DNA of 64,000 nucleotides from Octopus vulgaris. Its lineage: Eukaryota. The notes under the pieces were generated by a model. The model did not search any database, was not told the origin of the DNA, and saw nothing but the letters and a program-made list of their open reading frames with translations. Below are positions 36,868-48,960 of the stretch, one piece after another. The DNA is taken from assembly GCA_951406725.2 (NCBI GenBank), contig OX597825.1, positions 61,194,001 through 61,258,000 of the forward strand, in the 5' to 3' direction. The position numbers and the translations under genes were made by a program. The first letter of the stretch is position 1; every line of letters starts with the position of its first letter.

Positions 36868-36870
<3 letters not shown>
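36409..36870 (+). mobile_element. Family D element, young CpG-rich copy with internal tandem motif
   Basis: three gtgccggtggcacgtaaaaagcac-like units, ggaagggcatccagccgtagaaac, tail ggacgctaaacgatgatgatg. Confidence 0.85.
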
Positions 36871-36906
<36 letters not shown>

Positions 36907-37099
36907 TACATACACACAGTGTGTTTCTTACAGTTTCTGTCTACCAAATGCATTTACAAAACTTTGGTTTGCCTAGGAATATAGTAGATGACATTTACCC
37001 AAGGAGCCATACAGTGAGATTGAACCCATGACCTATTCTTAGGAAGCAGGCTCCTTAACTTCTCAGCCACATCTGTGCCAACACAAGTGAATTATACAA

Positions 37100-37500
37100 A
37101 CTGCAAATTAAAGGTAAGATAAAGTTAGTAAGCAGGATGAATCATTTGTTGTTGAATTAAGTCTAAGAATTCTGTAAGAAATTTTAGGAAAGTTTTCGTA
37201 TTTGTTTTTCCATTGTATCCTTTTAGTGCATATATCTGATGTAAAACCAGCAAAGAGTTATGGCTGAAGGAAAGTTTCCATTTTTATTGTGGTATTTCCA
37301 AACTTTAGTTAAATAAACTGTTGTGATGAGAAACACTTGCCAAGAATCAATCGCTTTATTCAGATAAATCATTCATCTTCAGGATATTGTAACACAAATG
37401 CAAATGTCTAGTTTTTGCAAATGGCTTGCTGCCAGCTTCAGCCAAAGAATATTATAAACGTACCTGGACCAGAAGAAACAATTCATAACAATCAGACTAA
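37100..37500 (-). mobile_element. Second decayed Gypsy-like fragment, homologous to 33540-33720
   Basis: shared blocks gaatcaatc(a/g)ctt, cctgg..agaagaa(g/a)caatt at matching spacing. Confidence 0.45.
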
Positions 37501-37696
37501 ATGCCATGTGATAATTACTAAACACCCCTGCACATTCTAAGTTTGAAAGCCTCTGAAATCAATACTGTCTTTCATATTTCTTAGGTTGATAAAGAAAGTA
37601 CTAGTCAATTACTGGTGTTGATTAAACTATCAACACTCATCCTGCCAAAAGTTTCTGATCTGATACCTATGGTATAAATATTTACTATTACTATTA

Positions 37697-37751
<55 letters not shown>

Positions 37752-37752
<1 letters not shown>

Positions 37753-38075
37753 GAGTGAGAGAGCAGTGCATGCCATCAAAGTGACATTGGGGTAAAATAT
37801 ACGAAGCCCAGTATAACCATCATTACTACCTGTCTGAGAAGGCTACACTAGGCACATGCATCACAACCATATGTGTGCGACATGGTGATCTCATATCAAG
37901 ATAAACAGCGCATGACCTTGCAGGTGGCTCCCAGTTAGAATTTTCTTCTGGTCGAGTAGCCCATCCTGCTCAAAAGATCCCTGAATAAGTGTTGTTTAAG
38001 GATGTTGAACGAAACACCCATGTTTCTAGAGGTGAATTATTCAAACCCCAAAGAATCCCTCTCAACACATGGCTA
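37752..38075 (-). mobile_element. Family F non-LTR 3' fragment ending in (AAT)n
   Basis: gagtgagagagcagtgcatgccatcaaagtgac is the reverse complement of 42705-42832; both abut (AAT)n. Confidence 0.7.
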
Positions 38076-38093
38076 TCATCATCATCCTCATCA

Positions 38094-38175
<82 letters not shown>

Positions 38176-38177
<2 letters not shown>

Positions 38178-38350
38178 AGGTGGTCAGCTGGCAGAATCAT
38201 TAGTGTCCTGGGCAAAATCCCAAGTTGCATTTCATCTGTCTTTACATTCTAAGTTCAAATTCTACTGAGGTTGACTTTTCCTTTCATCCTGCTGGGTTTG
38301 ATAAAACAATTTTTGGTTGAACATTGAGATTAATTTTATCAACTTTCCCC
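38176..38350 (+). mobile_element. SINE family B, diverged
   Basis: aaggtggtcagctggcagaatcattag..gttgacttttcctttcatcc. Confidence 0.7.
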
Positions 38351-40619
38351 CTCCCTCGAAACTGCTGAGAAAATAAAGAGCTGAGAAAATAAATAAAAAA
38401 CGAAAAAAAAAAAAGGAAAATAATGGAAAATAAACTGCAATAACAAAAGCAACAACAAACACCAATTTCCAGAGTACCACTAACTGTCAATAGATCCAAT
38501 ATCACAAACAGTTAGAAAAATGCTACCTCATTCCTGAACTGCACCAAATTGTGCTACCATGTCTTCATCATGCAATTGAGGAGAAATAATACAGATGAAA
38601 ATACAAAGGTAAAAATGGGGAAAATCACAAAAAAAAACTATAAAGCAATGAAAGCAAGTGAGGAGGAAATGTTTCTTCCAAATGAAAGCTAAGTATCTCC
38701 TCAGAAAGATAACAATGAAAATGCTGAGGACATAGATTCATCATTCTTTGATAAACAAATAAATAGTTAATAGATAAAATTGTACAACTCTGATGCCATA
38801 AACGGTATGAAAAAGTTAGAGTGACACAAAAAACAACTATGTTCAGAATATTTGACAACATATAAATGATAGTCTGCAAGTAAAATTTATAATAAAACAA
38901 ATTAATCAAACTTAGAAAAGAATATGTTGAAGTTGTTGTTTTTCAACATTAAATATCACCCCCAAAATGCTTATTGGTGCATTTGGTTGCACTCAAACAC
39001 AATTTAAGAAGTGTTTAAGTGAATGGGTTTGTGAAGTGTTCATCTCAAACTAACCAGGAAATCTTTCATATCTTATTTCTTTAAATTATATTTTGTTTCA
39101 ATTATTATGTATTTTTTGTTCATTTTTATTTATTTCTATGCAAATACGTCTGTATACATATGCATATTTCTTTCTGTACATATCTATCTATCTAGCTATC
39201 TATCTGTCTGTCTGTTTGTCTGTCTGTATGTCTATCTCTCTCTATATATATATATACATACATACATACATACATACATACATACATACATACATACATT
39301 TATACGTGTGTGCATGTGTGTGTATCAACCCCGTTAAAATTCTTAATTCTTCCTTCCAAAATATTCCACATGTTATCATGTTCTATTTTGATAGATAGCT
39401 TCTTAACATCAGTTTATTATTATTTTAAATTCGACGATGTCTTTGATTTTGTTGAAAGCATATCACTTGAATGCATATTTTGAGAAATAGAATATTACAA
39501 ATTATGTTGAATGGGTGCAAGACTTGTAACAGTAAACTACTATAATTTTTACAGATCTTAAACTTTTTCTGTGAATATTCAGATATGAAGTTTAGATTAC
39601 AAATGGTAACATTTTTGCTGCTATCTTCTTGAATTAAAGACATTTTTATTTTCCCTTTATTAATATCTTTAGAGCATGTTTGAGTAATTGATCATCTGAT
39701 TGACCAAGGGTCAGGTTTTCAATAGGAAATAGCAAAACAGTTTGGATCCATGAAGACAGATGCTTTCTGTTACAAATTCACAGCAGGCCTTTAAGAGAAA
39801 AAAATCCATTTCAAATTGTTTGGCATTTAAATTAAACATAGCATTCATCCATGTCTTGATATTTCCCAACTATTTTTCAAATAGATGACAAATGTTTGCC
39901 AAAAGGATGTCAAAAAGTATCAGGTGTGATTCAGTCACTCTATTGATCTCATCTATTTGATAATCTATAGAACTGTGATAACATCCTCAGCTATGATTAA
40001 TATCAATTTTTTTCCATGTTTGCATGGCTGGATACATTTGCTGTAAAGCATTTCATCATTCATGTCATTCGTCTTTCATTTTGTACATGCAAGCTAAACA
40101 TCCTGTGAATTCTGAGATCTGATCATGCAATTTCCTCTAACATTTTTCTTGGCTGTCCTCTATCATGATCAACTTCATTGGTACAAAACACAATTTCTCC
40201 AAGCACTCACTGTCCATTTACATTATATGTTGATATCTTTGTAATCTTCTCTCCAGCACTTATCAACTGATGCCTTAATTCCCAATCACAACCTTAGATC
40301 AGTTGTGCTCTGCTTTTCAATCAAGTGTCTGCTGGATATTCCAGAGAAAGTTCATGTGGCATTGCCAAAATTCAATATTGCCTGTATTTGAATTTCATAT
40401 CTGAACCATCTATCCGAATTTCAGTGAATATTGTGGAAACCGTTTTCGTAGACAATCATAAATGGTACTTTGTTTAGGCTTCTTATTTCACTAGAATTAT
40501 TCAATTATAATGGAACCATTGAAATGAAAAAAATGGAAAAAAAATGTTGAATAATTCTTACAATGAAGTAAGAACTTTAGTAATAATAAATAATAAATAA
40601 TAATAATAATAATGATAAT

Positions 40620-40681
<62 letters not shown>

Positions 40682-41733
40682 TAATAAATTGTAAATAATA
40701 CAGATTCACAAAGGAATCAATCATCTAAAGAAATCCCCAATAGGATTAATTTGTCATTGCTGTCATGTGCAGATTCATTTGGAGAGAGAGAAAAAAAAAC
40801 CTAAACAAAATACAAAATACATTTCAAATTTTCTTGGACAGGTTTTATAGAATATGGTCAGCTTCCTGGTAATGAAAATAACTTCTTCCATCTCATTTTT
40901 CCATCAGAGTTGGTAATTACAGTGTTAGCCAAACTGTTCAGCTTGACCTCAGAACTCACACAAATGAAAATAAAGTCTTCAAGTAGATTAAATACCTTTA
41001 TCTAAATATGACATTTAAAAAGATTATGTGGGCAAAATAATCAATATCAACAAGGCACCATATTGGCTGAAGTTGGAATTGACAGTATTTTAGGCAGCAC
41101 TGTAGCCACTGTTGTATATATGGCTATTTGGATTACATACAATTACTGTGATATCTCATTTTCAATCTTTACCTTAGCTGGAAGATATTTTTCAATTCTT
41201 TTCCATTTTTAGATGGCTTAGAGGTTAAACTTTTAGTCCGATACTTATTTTCTACTTGGAATAAGAATGTGACACTTTGTTATAATTTAGAAAAAGAAAA
41301 AAGAAAAAGTTAAAAAAATAAGGAATTCACTATTATTCTTGATAGTCCCTTTGACAGCTATAATATAAAAATTTCCAACTGACTTATTACACTAAGTTCT
41401 TTTATGTCATATCAAAAATTTCATCTTGATACATATAGGCTGTACTTATGTCACTTTTGGAGACCATTTCTGTCAATCAAACCTATATAAAAGTATTTCA
41501 ATGACAATGTATATATATAAAAAATTGTAAATCACTAGTTGATTGCACTATTTTTGTCTTTGGGGGATATTATTATTGGTCTCATGCATTGACTGATCTA
41601 AATGAATATTAAGATGAATATTTGTTTTATATCAATATACAATAATGACAGTAATTCTTCTCATTTTTTGTGATATAGTATACAAATTTACTATTTGGTA
41701 AATGGTATATATATATATATATATATATATATG

Positions 41734-42572
41734 CCATATATGCTGGCATATAATATGACTGGGTGTACAAGGCGAACCCAGGATTTCCATTTGAAAAGTA
41801 GGTTTTGAGCCACACTTGCTATATAAGACCACCCCGAGTATTCGTGGAAAATAGCTCAAGTGCCGGAGGTATGAGGTTCATAGCTAAAAGGGTTGGCTGA
41901 GTTGTAACTTCCCCAGTGGCCCCTGAAGCCTCTGTTTTTCTTGTGCTTCAACAGTATTTTAACTATGATGCAATGGGTAAATTTTGTATGCAACAATTCT
42001 ACAGTGTTGGTTGTTTAAAATTTATACAGTTATTCTCAAAAAGTGGCCCAATATTATAAATTACCTACTATAATACATGTCAAATGCATGTGGCTGCTGT
42101 AAACACTACTGTAGTGATGTCACTTAGGTGTCAGTTATTTTACAAGAACTAACATGGTGTCAAGAATTTTACCATAATAATACCATTTACTTGAAATGGA
42201 TTTACAGATTTACTTACGGTATGTATAATATTACATTGTAATATATTAGAAATGTTATAAAGTACACTGCTATTATTTTCTTTAATTTGTAAATTTTGTC
42301 TTGCTTCATGAGTCTGTTAATCTTGAAACAACAGATCCATTTTGACACTACTCACAGATCATGTCTGCTACATGCTTCTCTGGAATTGGCCAATGTGCAG
42401 TGCCACCTCTCATTGCACATTTTGTCCTGAGTATACTCCTCAATAAGTCTTCCTTTAATCTCCAAACTTTACATTATATTCTCTCACAATAGCAAAGTTG
42501 TTGTGGGACTTGGCATATGCTACCACTTTCAGCTTAAAACCAGCTTCATATTTCCTTCGTTTATCACTTGGA
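41734..42572 (-). mobile_element. pogo/Tc2-type DNA transposon relic (TIR plus transposase N-terminus)
   Basis: TIR-like ccatatatgctggcatataatatgactgggtgtacaaggcgaaccc..tataagaccacccc; reverse strand KRRKYEAGFKLKVVAYAKSHNN..KCAMRGGTAHWP (Brinker-like and CENP-B-like HTH as in POGK-type transposases). Confidence 0.75.
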
Positions 42573-42574
42573 GC

Positions 42575-42831
42575 TATGAGCAGGCTTCAATGGTGTATGT
42601 GCTCCCCACCTGGACAGGACACCAGTCCATCGCAGTGTTACTCATTTTTGCCAGCTGAGTGGACTGGAGCAATGTGAAATGAAGTGTTTTGCTCAAGAAC
42701 ACAACGCACACATATGGTTGTGATGCATGTGCCTGGTGTACCCTTATCAGATGGGTAGTCATGATTGGTATACTGGGCTTCGTATATTTTACCCCAGTGT
42801 CACTTTGATGGCATGCACTGCTCTCTCACTC

Positions 42832-42865
<34 letters not shown>

Positions 42866-42955
42866 TCGAAAAATACCTTAGGAATGAGAACCCAGGTTTG
42901 AGATTTCCCTAAGACACCTAATGAAGGCTGGAAGGTATATCAGCTGAAATGTTGA
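42575..42955. mobile_element. SINE E fragment, family F tail, (AAT)n and an HHR tail with a G5A core mutation (42913-42954)
   Basis: gacacCTAATGA-AGGCTG-gaaggtatat-CAGCT-GAAA-tgttg; same tail as 47170-47260. Confidence 0.7.
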
Positions 42956-43039
42956 ACTCAAGATGTAAAGGTGGGAAAAATGCAAAAAAGCATTTTTCTC
43001 AGTATGCTAACGAATCTACCAGCTTACTGCTTTGTTTTA

Positions 43040-43301
43040 AAATAAAAAATTAATGTGCCCTTTTAAAGCCTAGCCAGGCTCATGGGCCCAGTTTCCCCAT
43101 TTCAATGGTGTATGTGTTCCTCAGCTGAACGAGATGCCAGTCCATCGCAGCATTACTCATTTTTACCTGCTGAGTGGACTGGAGCAATGTGAAATGAGGT
43201 GTTTTTCTCAAGAATACAACGCGTCGCCCGATCCAGGAATCGAAACCACAATCTTACGATCATGATGCTGACACCCTAACCACTAAGCCACATGCCTCCA
43301 C
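43040..43301 (-). mobile_element. SINE family E, full length, 14-bp TSD
   Basis: TSD actgctttgtttta at 43026-43039 and 43302-43315. Confidence 0.9.
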
Positions 43302-43805
43302 ACTGCTTTGTTTTACTTAGGAATATTGACGCAAAAGAAACTTAGAGAAGTTTTTGCTGAGTAGTCAATAACTTGTCTACTCAGACAAAGTTTTCCTCTC
43401 TGAAACCTGCCAAAATATAACAAGTGTTGTTGAATATGACATGAGGACCATATGTCTGTAGTCACTGCAAAAGCTAGTAGAAAGTTATATTAGCAAGAGA
43501 TTTTACAGCAGTCCAGACTGCAATCAAATGACATTTAAGAAGATTAAAGCAACTATTAGTAAATTACTAAGATGACAGCATATATCACATCACAAGCAGC
43601 CTATAATGATAGCATATACTCAAGAGGAAAACAAGAGATTGAGAAATATTGTCCCCAAAGATCAAACAGTGATTGTACATTGATATATGCATGTGTATCT
43701 ATGTGTGTTTGTATGTATATGTATATATGTGTATGTGCATATACATATATATATAAATATAAATATATATATAAACACATATATATACATATACATACAC
43801 ACATA

Positions 43806-43860
<55 letters not shown>

Positions 43861-44418
43861 ATGTATATGTATATGTATATAGGTAAATGTATTAAATAAG
43901 ATATAAATATAAAAAATTATTCAGAAAAATGTTGCTTCAAGATATAAAAATTAAAATCAATTTCAGAAATAAAGAAATTCTATCTCACAAAAAAAAAAAA
44001 AAAAATGTAAACGAATCCACAATTTTCATGTGACTGACTTCAATCAAATCACCAAATAGATTGACTACTTGAGAGAGATGGCTCTTATTTCAGTGACAGA
44101 ATTCATTTCGAATTATGAAGATGCATTAACACAACAGTATTTTCAAGATGCCATTAATTTTCAAGCAAGTTTCTGTATTCATTGACTTCTATGACATTGC
44201 TTTGTAATTAGGAATTGAAATTATTGAGATTAAAGAATTCGGTATAATATCTGTAATAAATAAGATTGGTAGAAATTCTGTCAGAATATGGAGAGATTCT
44301 TTTTTGTCTTTGGTTCAAGTTGCATTTCAAGCAAAATAACATATCAAGCCAGTTAGCTGCTCTGGAACTTCCATTATTACATGAGTGAAGAACTATCCTT
44401 AAACTGATGCTGTTTTAA

Positions 44419-44638
44419 CCCTTTCGTTACCAACCCAGCTGAAACTGGCTCTGGCTCTGAGTACAAATGTCTTGTTTACATAAGTTTTGAATTAAAACCT
44501 TCCACCAAACCTTAGTCACAATTTATGTTCCAAACACTAGCTTAATGATAACCAAGTTATTTTACTAAATTCTTTGTTATATCTAAAGTAAATGAAAGAA
44601 TCGCAGAGCATCTCAAAATAAATACAGTAACGAAAGGG
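44419..44638. mobile_element. piggyBac-type MITE, 220 bp
   Basis: TTAA|ccctttcgttac ... gtaacgaaaggg|TTAA; older copies near 28890-29108 and 46070-46285. Confidence 0.92.
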
Positions 44639-44812
44639 TTAAATAGTAAATAGATTTTTACTAAAAACTCACCACTGGTCAGTCCAAATTGGTCTGACCA
44701 TGACTCAAAGCACCTCAGGATATGAAAGATTAGTAATATTCAGTTAGCCATTGTTTTTGTTTTTAGAATATCTTCAATAAGTAGGTAGGTATTGTTGTAT
44801 GGTAAGAAGTTT

Positions 44813-45114
44813 GCGACGAGCTGGCAGAAACGTTAGCACACCAGGCAAAATGCTTAGTGGTATTTCGTCTGCTATTACGTTCTGAGTTCAAATTCTACTG
44901 AGGTCGACTTTACTTTTCTTCTTTTCAGGATCGATAAATTAAGTACCAGTTATGCACTGGGGTTGATTTAATTGACTTAATCCCTTTGTCTGTCCTTGTC
45001 TGTCCCCTCTGTGTTTAGCCCCTTGTGGGCAATAAAGAAATAAGAAGTTTGCTTCCTAACCACATAGTCATGCATGGTAGATGGAAACTGAAAGAAGCCT
45101 GTCGTATATATATG

Positions 45115-45150
<36 letters not shown>

Positions 45151-45665
45151 TACACGTGTGTGTATTTATTTGTGTGCTTGTGTCTGTGTTTGTCACCGCC
45201 CACTATCACTTGACAACGGATGTAGGTGTGTTTATGTTGCCGTAACATAGCGGCTTGGCAAAAACGAATGATAGAATAAGTACTAGGCTTACAAAGAATA
45301 AATCCTGGGGGCAATTTTTCGACTAAAAACCCCACTGGTGCTCCAGCATGGCCGCAACCAATTGACTGAAAGAAGTAAAAGAATAAAAGAATACATGTGT
45401 GTGTGTGTCATAGTGTTTGTGTCTCATGCTTGAGAATCAGTGTTGGTTTGTTTACATTCCCGGCAACGTAGTGGTTCGGCAAAAGAGACCAACAGAATAA
45501 GTACCAGGTTTAAGAAAAAAATAAGTAATAGAAGTGGCTGTATGGTAAGTAGCTTGCTTACCAACCACATTGTTCTGGGTTCATTCTCATTGCATGGCAC
45601 TCACAAAGCCTTGTGAGTGGATTTCGCAGACGGACACTGAAAGAAGCCCGTCATATATATATATA

Positions 45666-45734
<69 letters not shown>

Positions 45735-45880
45735 TTATGTGTTTGTGTTTGTCTCCAGCATCACTTGACAACCGATGCTGGTGTGCTAGGCTTACAAAGA
45801 ATAAGTCCTGGGGTCGATTTGCTCGGTGCGCCAGCATGCCCATAGTCAAATGACCCAAACAAGTAAAAGATAAAAGATAA
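44813..45880 (+). mobile_element. SINE cluster: family B (44813-45044) plus family A copies (45075-45392, 45400-45520, 45530-45880)
   Basis: family-diagnostic head, core and tail sequences. Confidence 0.85.
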
Positions 45881-46287
45881 TAATTCTCATCAAGAATTTT
45901 TCATAAATTTGTATATTTTGCATGGCTCAGTATATTTCAGTTATCCATTGAAAAACGCTACCTACTTTTCTATAAATTCCAAGGAATTTAATGATCTCAT
46001 GGAAAACAGGAAGTTTCATTTCATTTAAAATGGAGTTTACAAATATTCCTCGACCTAACTAGCTTTTTTTTAACCCCTTTTGGTAACAACCCATTTGGCT
46101 CTATGATAGAAATTTCTTGCTTTTAAAGTGATTGAAATTAAAACTGTCCATCAAAATTCCATGTTAATTTATGTTCCAAATGCCAGATTAAAATTGACAT
46201 AATTATTTTAGAAAATTCTTCATTATTTTCAAAATTAATTGAAACAGAAGCAGTGTATTTCTACAGGAATATAGTTACAAGAATATT

Positions 46288-46850
46288 AAGGTGGTGAGCT
46301 GGCAGAAACGTTAGTATGCCTGGCGAAATGCTTAGTGGCATTTCGTCTGCCGCTACATTCTGAGTTCAAATTCCGCTGAGGTCGACTTTGCCTTTCATCC
46401 TTTCGGGACCGATTACACACTGGTGTCAATATAATCGACTTAATCCATTTGTCTGTCCTTGTTTTTTTGTTCCCTCTGTGTTTAGCCCCTTGTGGGTAGT
46501 AAAGAAATAGGTATTTCATCTGCCAAGATCAACTTTGCCTTTCATCCTTTTGGGGTCGATAAATTAAGTACTAGTTACGAACTGGGGTCGATATAATCGA
46601 TTTAATCCGTTTGTCTGTCCCTGTTTGTCCCCTCTGTGTGTAGCCCCTTATGGGCAGTAAAGAAATAGGTATTTCATCTGCCGTTACGTTCTGAGTTCAA
46701 ATTCCGCAGCGGTCAACTTTGACTTTCATCCTTTCAGGGTCGATAAATTAAGTACCAGTTACACACTGGGGACGATGTAATCGACTTAATCCCTTTGTCT
46801 GTCCTTGTTTGTCCCCTCTATGTTTAGCCCCTTGTGGGTAATATGAAATC
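46288..46850 (+). mobile_element. SINE family B tandem multimer
   Basis: three repeats of actttgcctttcatccttt..tgtctgtccttgtttgtcccctctg..agccccttgtggg. Confidence 0.85.
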
Positions 46851-47079
46851 ATAAAAATATTAAGTGAAATGAATAGGTACTACTATTGCAAAGTGGCAAA
46901 GAAGCTTGCCTTCCCAACAATTTAGTTTTACATTAGATTGATTGATAGATAGAATGAAAAATAAATAGATAGAAACATCCGTCCATACATACATACTTTT
47001 TGTCTTTTACTTGTTTCAATCATTAGACTGCAGCCATGCTGGAGCACTGCCTTGAATTTTTAGTTGAATGAATTGAAAT

Positions 47080-47356
47080 CAATTCTATATTTAAGAGATG
47101 AGGAATTATGTACATGATTTACATTATTTACAATTGATGGATATTTGTCCTCATCTTGCTTGTTGTTAGCACAACATTTCAGCTGATATACCCTCCAGCC
47201 TTCATCAGGTGTCTTGGGGAAATTTCGAGCTTGGATTCTCATTCCTAAGGTACTTTCGATGTTGTTCTTGTTATTATTATTCAGGTCACTGTCTGGAATC
47301 AAACTCAGAATCTTGGGGTTAGTAGCCCATGCTCTTAACCACTACACCATATGCCC
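47080..47356 (-). mobile_element. SINE with tRNA-derived Pol III head, (AAT)n linker and hammerhead-bearing tail; inverted partial copy at 47360-47445 (+)
   Basis: head gggcatatggtgtagtggttaagagcatgggctactaaccccaagattctgagtttgattcc; tail aacatcgaaagtaccttaggaatgag..HHR..gatgaggacaaatatcc. Confidence 0.8.
47170..47211 (-). ncRNA. Minimal hammerhead ribozyme with canonical core and CpG-decayed stems
   Basis: CAC-CTGATGA-A-GGCTG-GAGGGTATAT-CAGCT-GAAA-TG-TT-GTG, GUU triplet. Confidence 0.65.
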
Positions 47357-47989
47357 TTAGCATAGTGGTTAAGAGCATGGGCTGCTAGCCCCAAGATTCC
47401 GAGTTCGAATCCTGTAATAATAATAATAATAACATTGAAAAATATTTACAGGAATGCAAACATACCAACACCAGTTGTCAAGTGGTGGTGGAGGGACAAA
47501 CACAGACAGAAAAACACACAAACACACAGATATACATACATATATTTATATACGATGGGTTCCTTTCAGTCTCTGTCAACCAAATCCACTCACAAGGCTA
47601 TGGTTGGCCAGAGGCTATAGTAGAAAACACATACCCAAAGTATCATGCAGTGGGATTGAACCCAGAACCATGTGGTTGGTAAGCAAGTTTCTTATCACAC
47701 AGCCACGCATATGCCTACTGTATATAAATGGTTAAAAATCTCTATGAAGTGAAGGTTAAGCTAACTAATTAATAAATTATTCTGTTTTCATTTTATGCTT
47801 TTAGTATTATGAGCAAGTCTAAGAATTGTACTTTCACCCTATCACACATTTGTTCCTGCTATAGTTAGAATTGCTTAAACATCATCTCTGCTGGGTTCCT
47901 GGTAAAGCTGTAATAAACAATACACGTAGAAAAAGAAGATGCGGTTGATTCTGTCCATTAGTTTGCCTGCAATCATTACTCTTGATCTG

Positions 47990-48396
47990 TCATCGTCATC
48001 ATCCTCATCATTTAATGTCGACTTTCCATGCTAGCATGGGTTGGACGATTTGACTGAGGTCTAGCAAACCAGACTCCAATCTGATCTGGCAGGGTTTCTA
48101 CAGCTTGATGCCCTTCCTAACGCCAACCACTCCGAGAGTGTAGTGGGTGCTTTTACATGCCACCGCATGAGGGCCAGTTAGGTAGTACTGGCAAGGGCCA
48201 TGCTCAAATGGTGTTTTTTATGTGCCACCTGCACAGGAGCCAGTCCAGCAGCACTGGCAATGATCTCGCTCTAATGTTTTTTCACGTGCCACCAGCACAA
48301 GTGCTAGTAAGGCAACACTGGTAACAATCACGCTCGAATGGTGTTTTTGACGTACCATTGGCACGAAGGCCAGCTTGTTGCTCTGGCAACGATCTG
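47990..48396 (-). mobile_element. Family D element
   Basis: catcatttaatgtcgactttccatgctagcatggg..gatgcccttcctaacgccaaccactccgagag. Confidence 0.85.
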
Positions 48397-48960
48397 TATA
48401 TGTAACTATTTATCATTTTGCTCAGGAGCCCAGGTGAAGAGTGATGTTAGACACAGGGACATAGGTCTGAGAGGGTTAAAATAGAAATCTATAGTTCAAT
48501 GTTTAGATTGTAGTGTAGAAACTGTAACCTCAAAGAATAAATTGTAACTGTTGGCTTGCAGCCATTTGTATCGAAGACAAATGTCAGAGAAATGCAGTAC
48601 AGTTGGTTACATAAAGCTCTGTCAGATAAAAATCTAACCTGATTAAATATATTATTTAGAATTTATATTTTGTATATGTAGCACTGCTAAATCTAAGAAC
48701 CACACTTTTAAAATAAATCAATATTTAAATGCTTATCTTGTATCTAGAAAATGTAAATCTGTATTTTACACATTGTGAAATCATAGCTTAAATTGTTGCT
48801 GCCCACTCAGAGCCAATTTACGCTACTCACATTCCTAACAGCTGTGGACCAGCTGTAGTACAGTCCACCCCAGCTTACATACACCGGGTGAATCATGCAT
48901 ATATTTCAAAAGGTACGGCCTTGTCACACATACTATGCCACACACACTATATATATATAT

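Larger units (their letters stand above)
46996..47717 (-). mobile_element. SINE family A interrupted by the tRNA-HHR element
   Basis: tail 46996-47078 and remainder 47447-47717, with part of the SINE lost at the insertion site. Confidence 0.8.

Noticed and set aside
39425-39643. 72-aa minus-strand ORF
   Set aside because: Length expected by chance; no motif or splice support.
44094-44190. Possible exon TEFISNYEDALTQQYFQD
   Set aside because: Short pyrimidine tract, only a GC-type donor candidate, no homology recognised.
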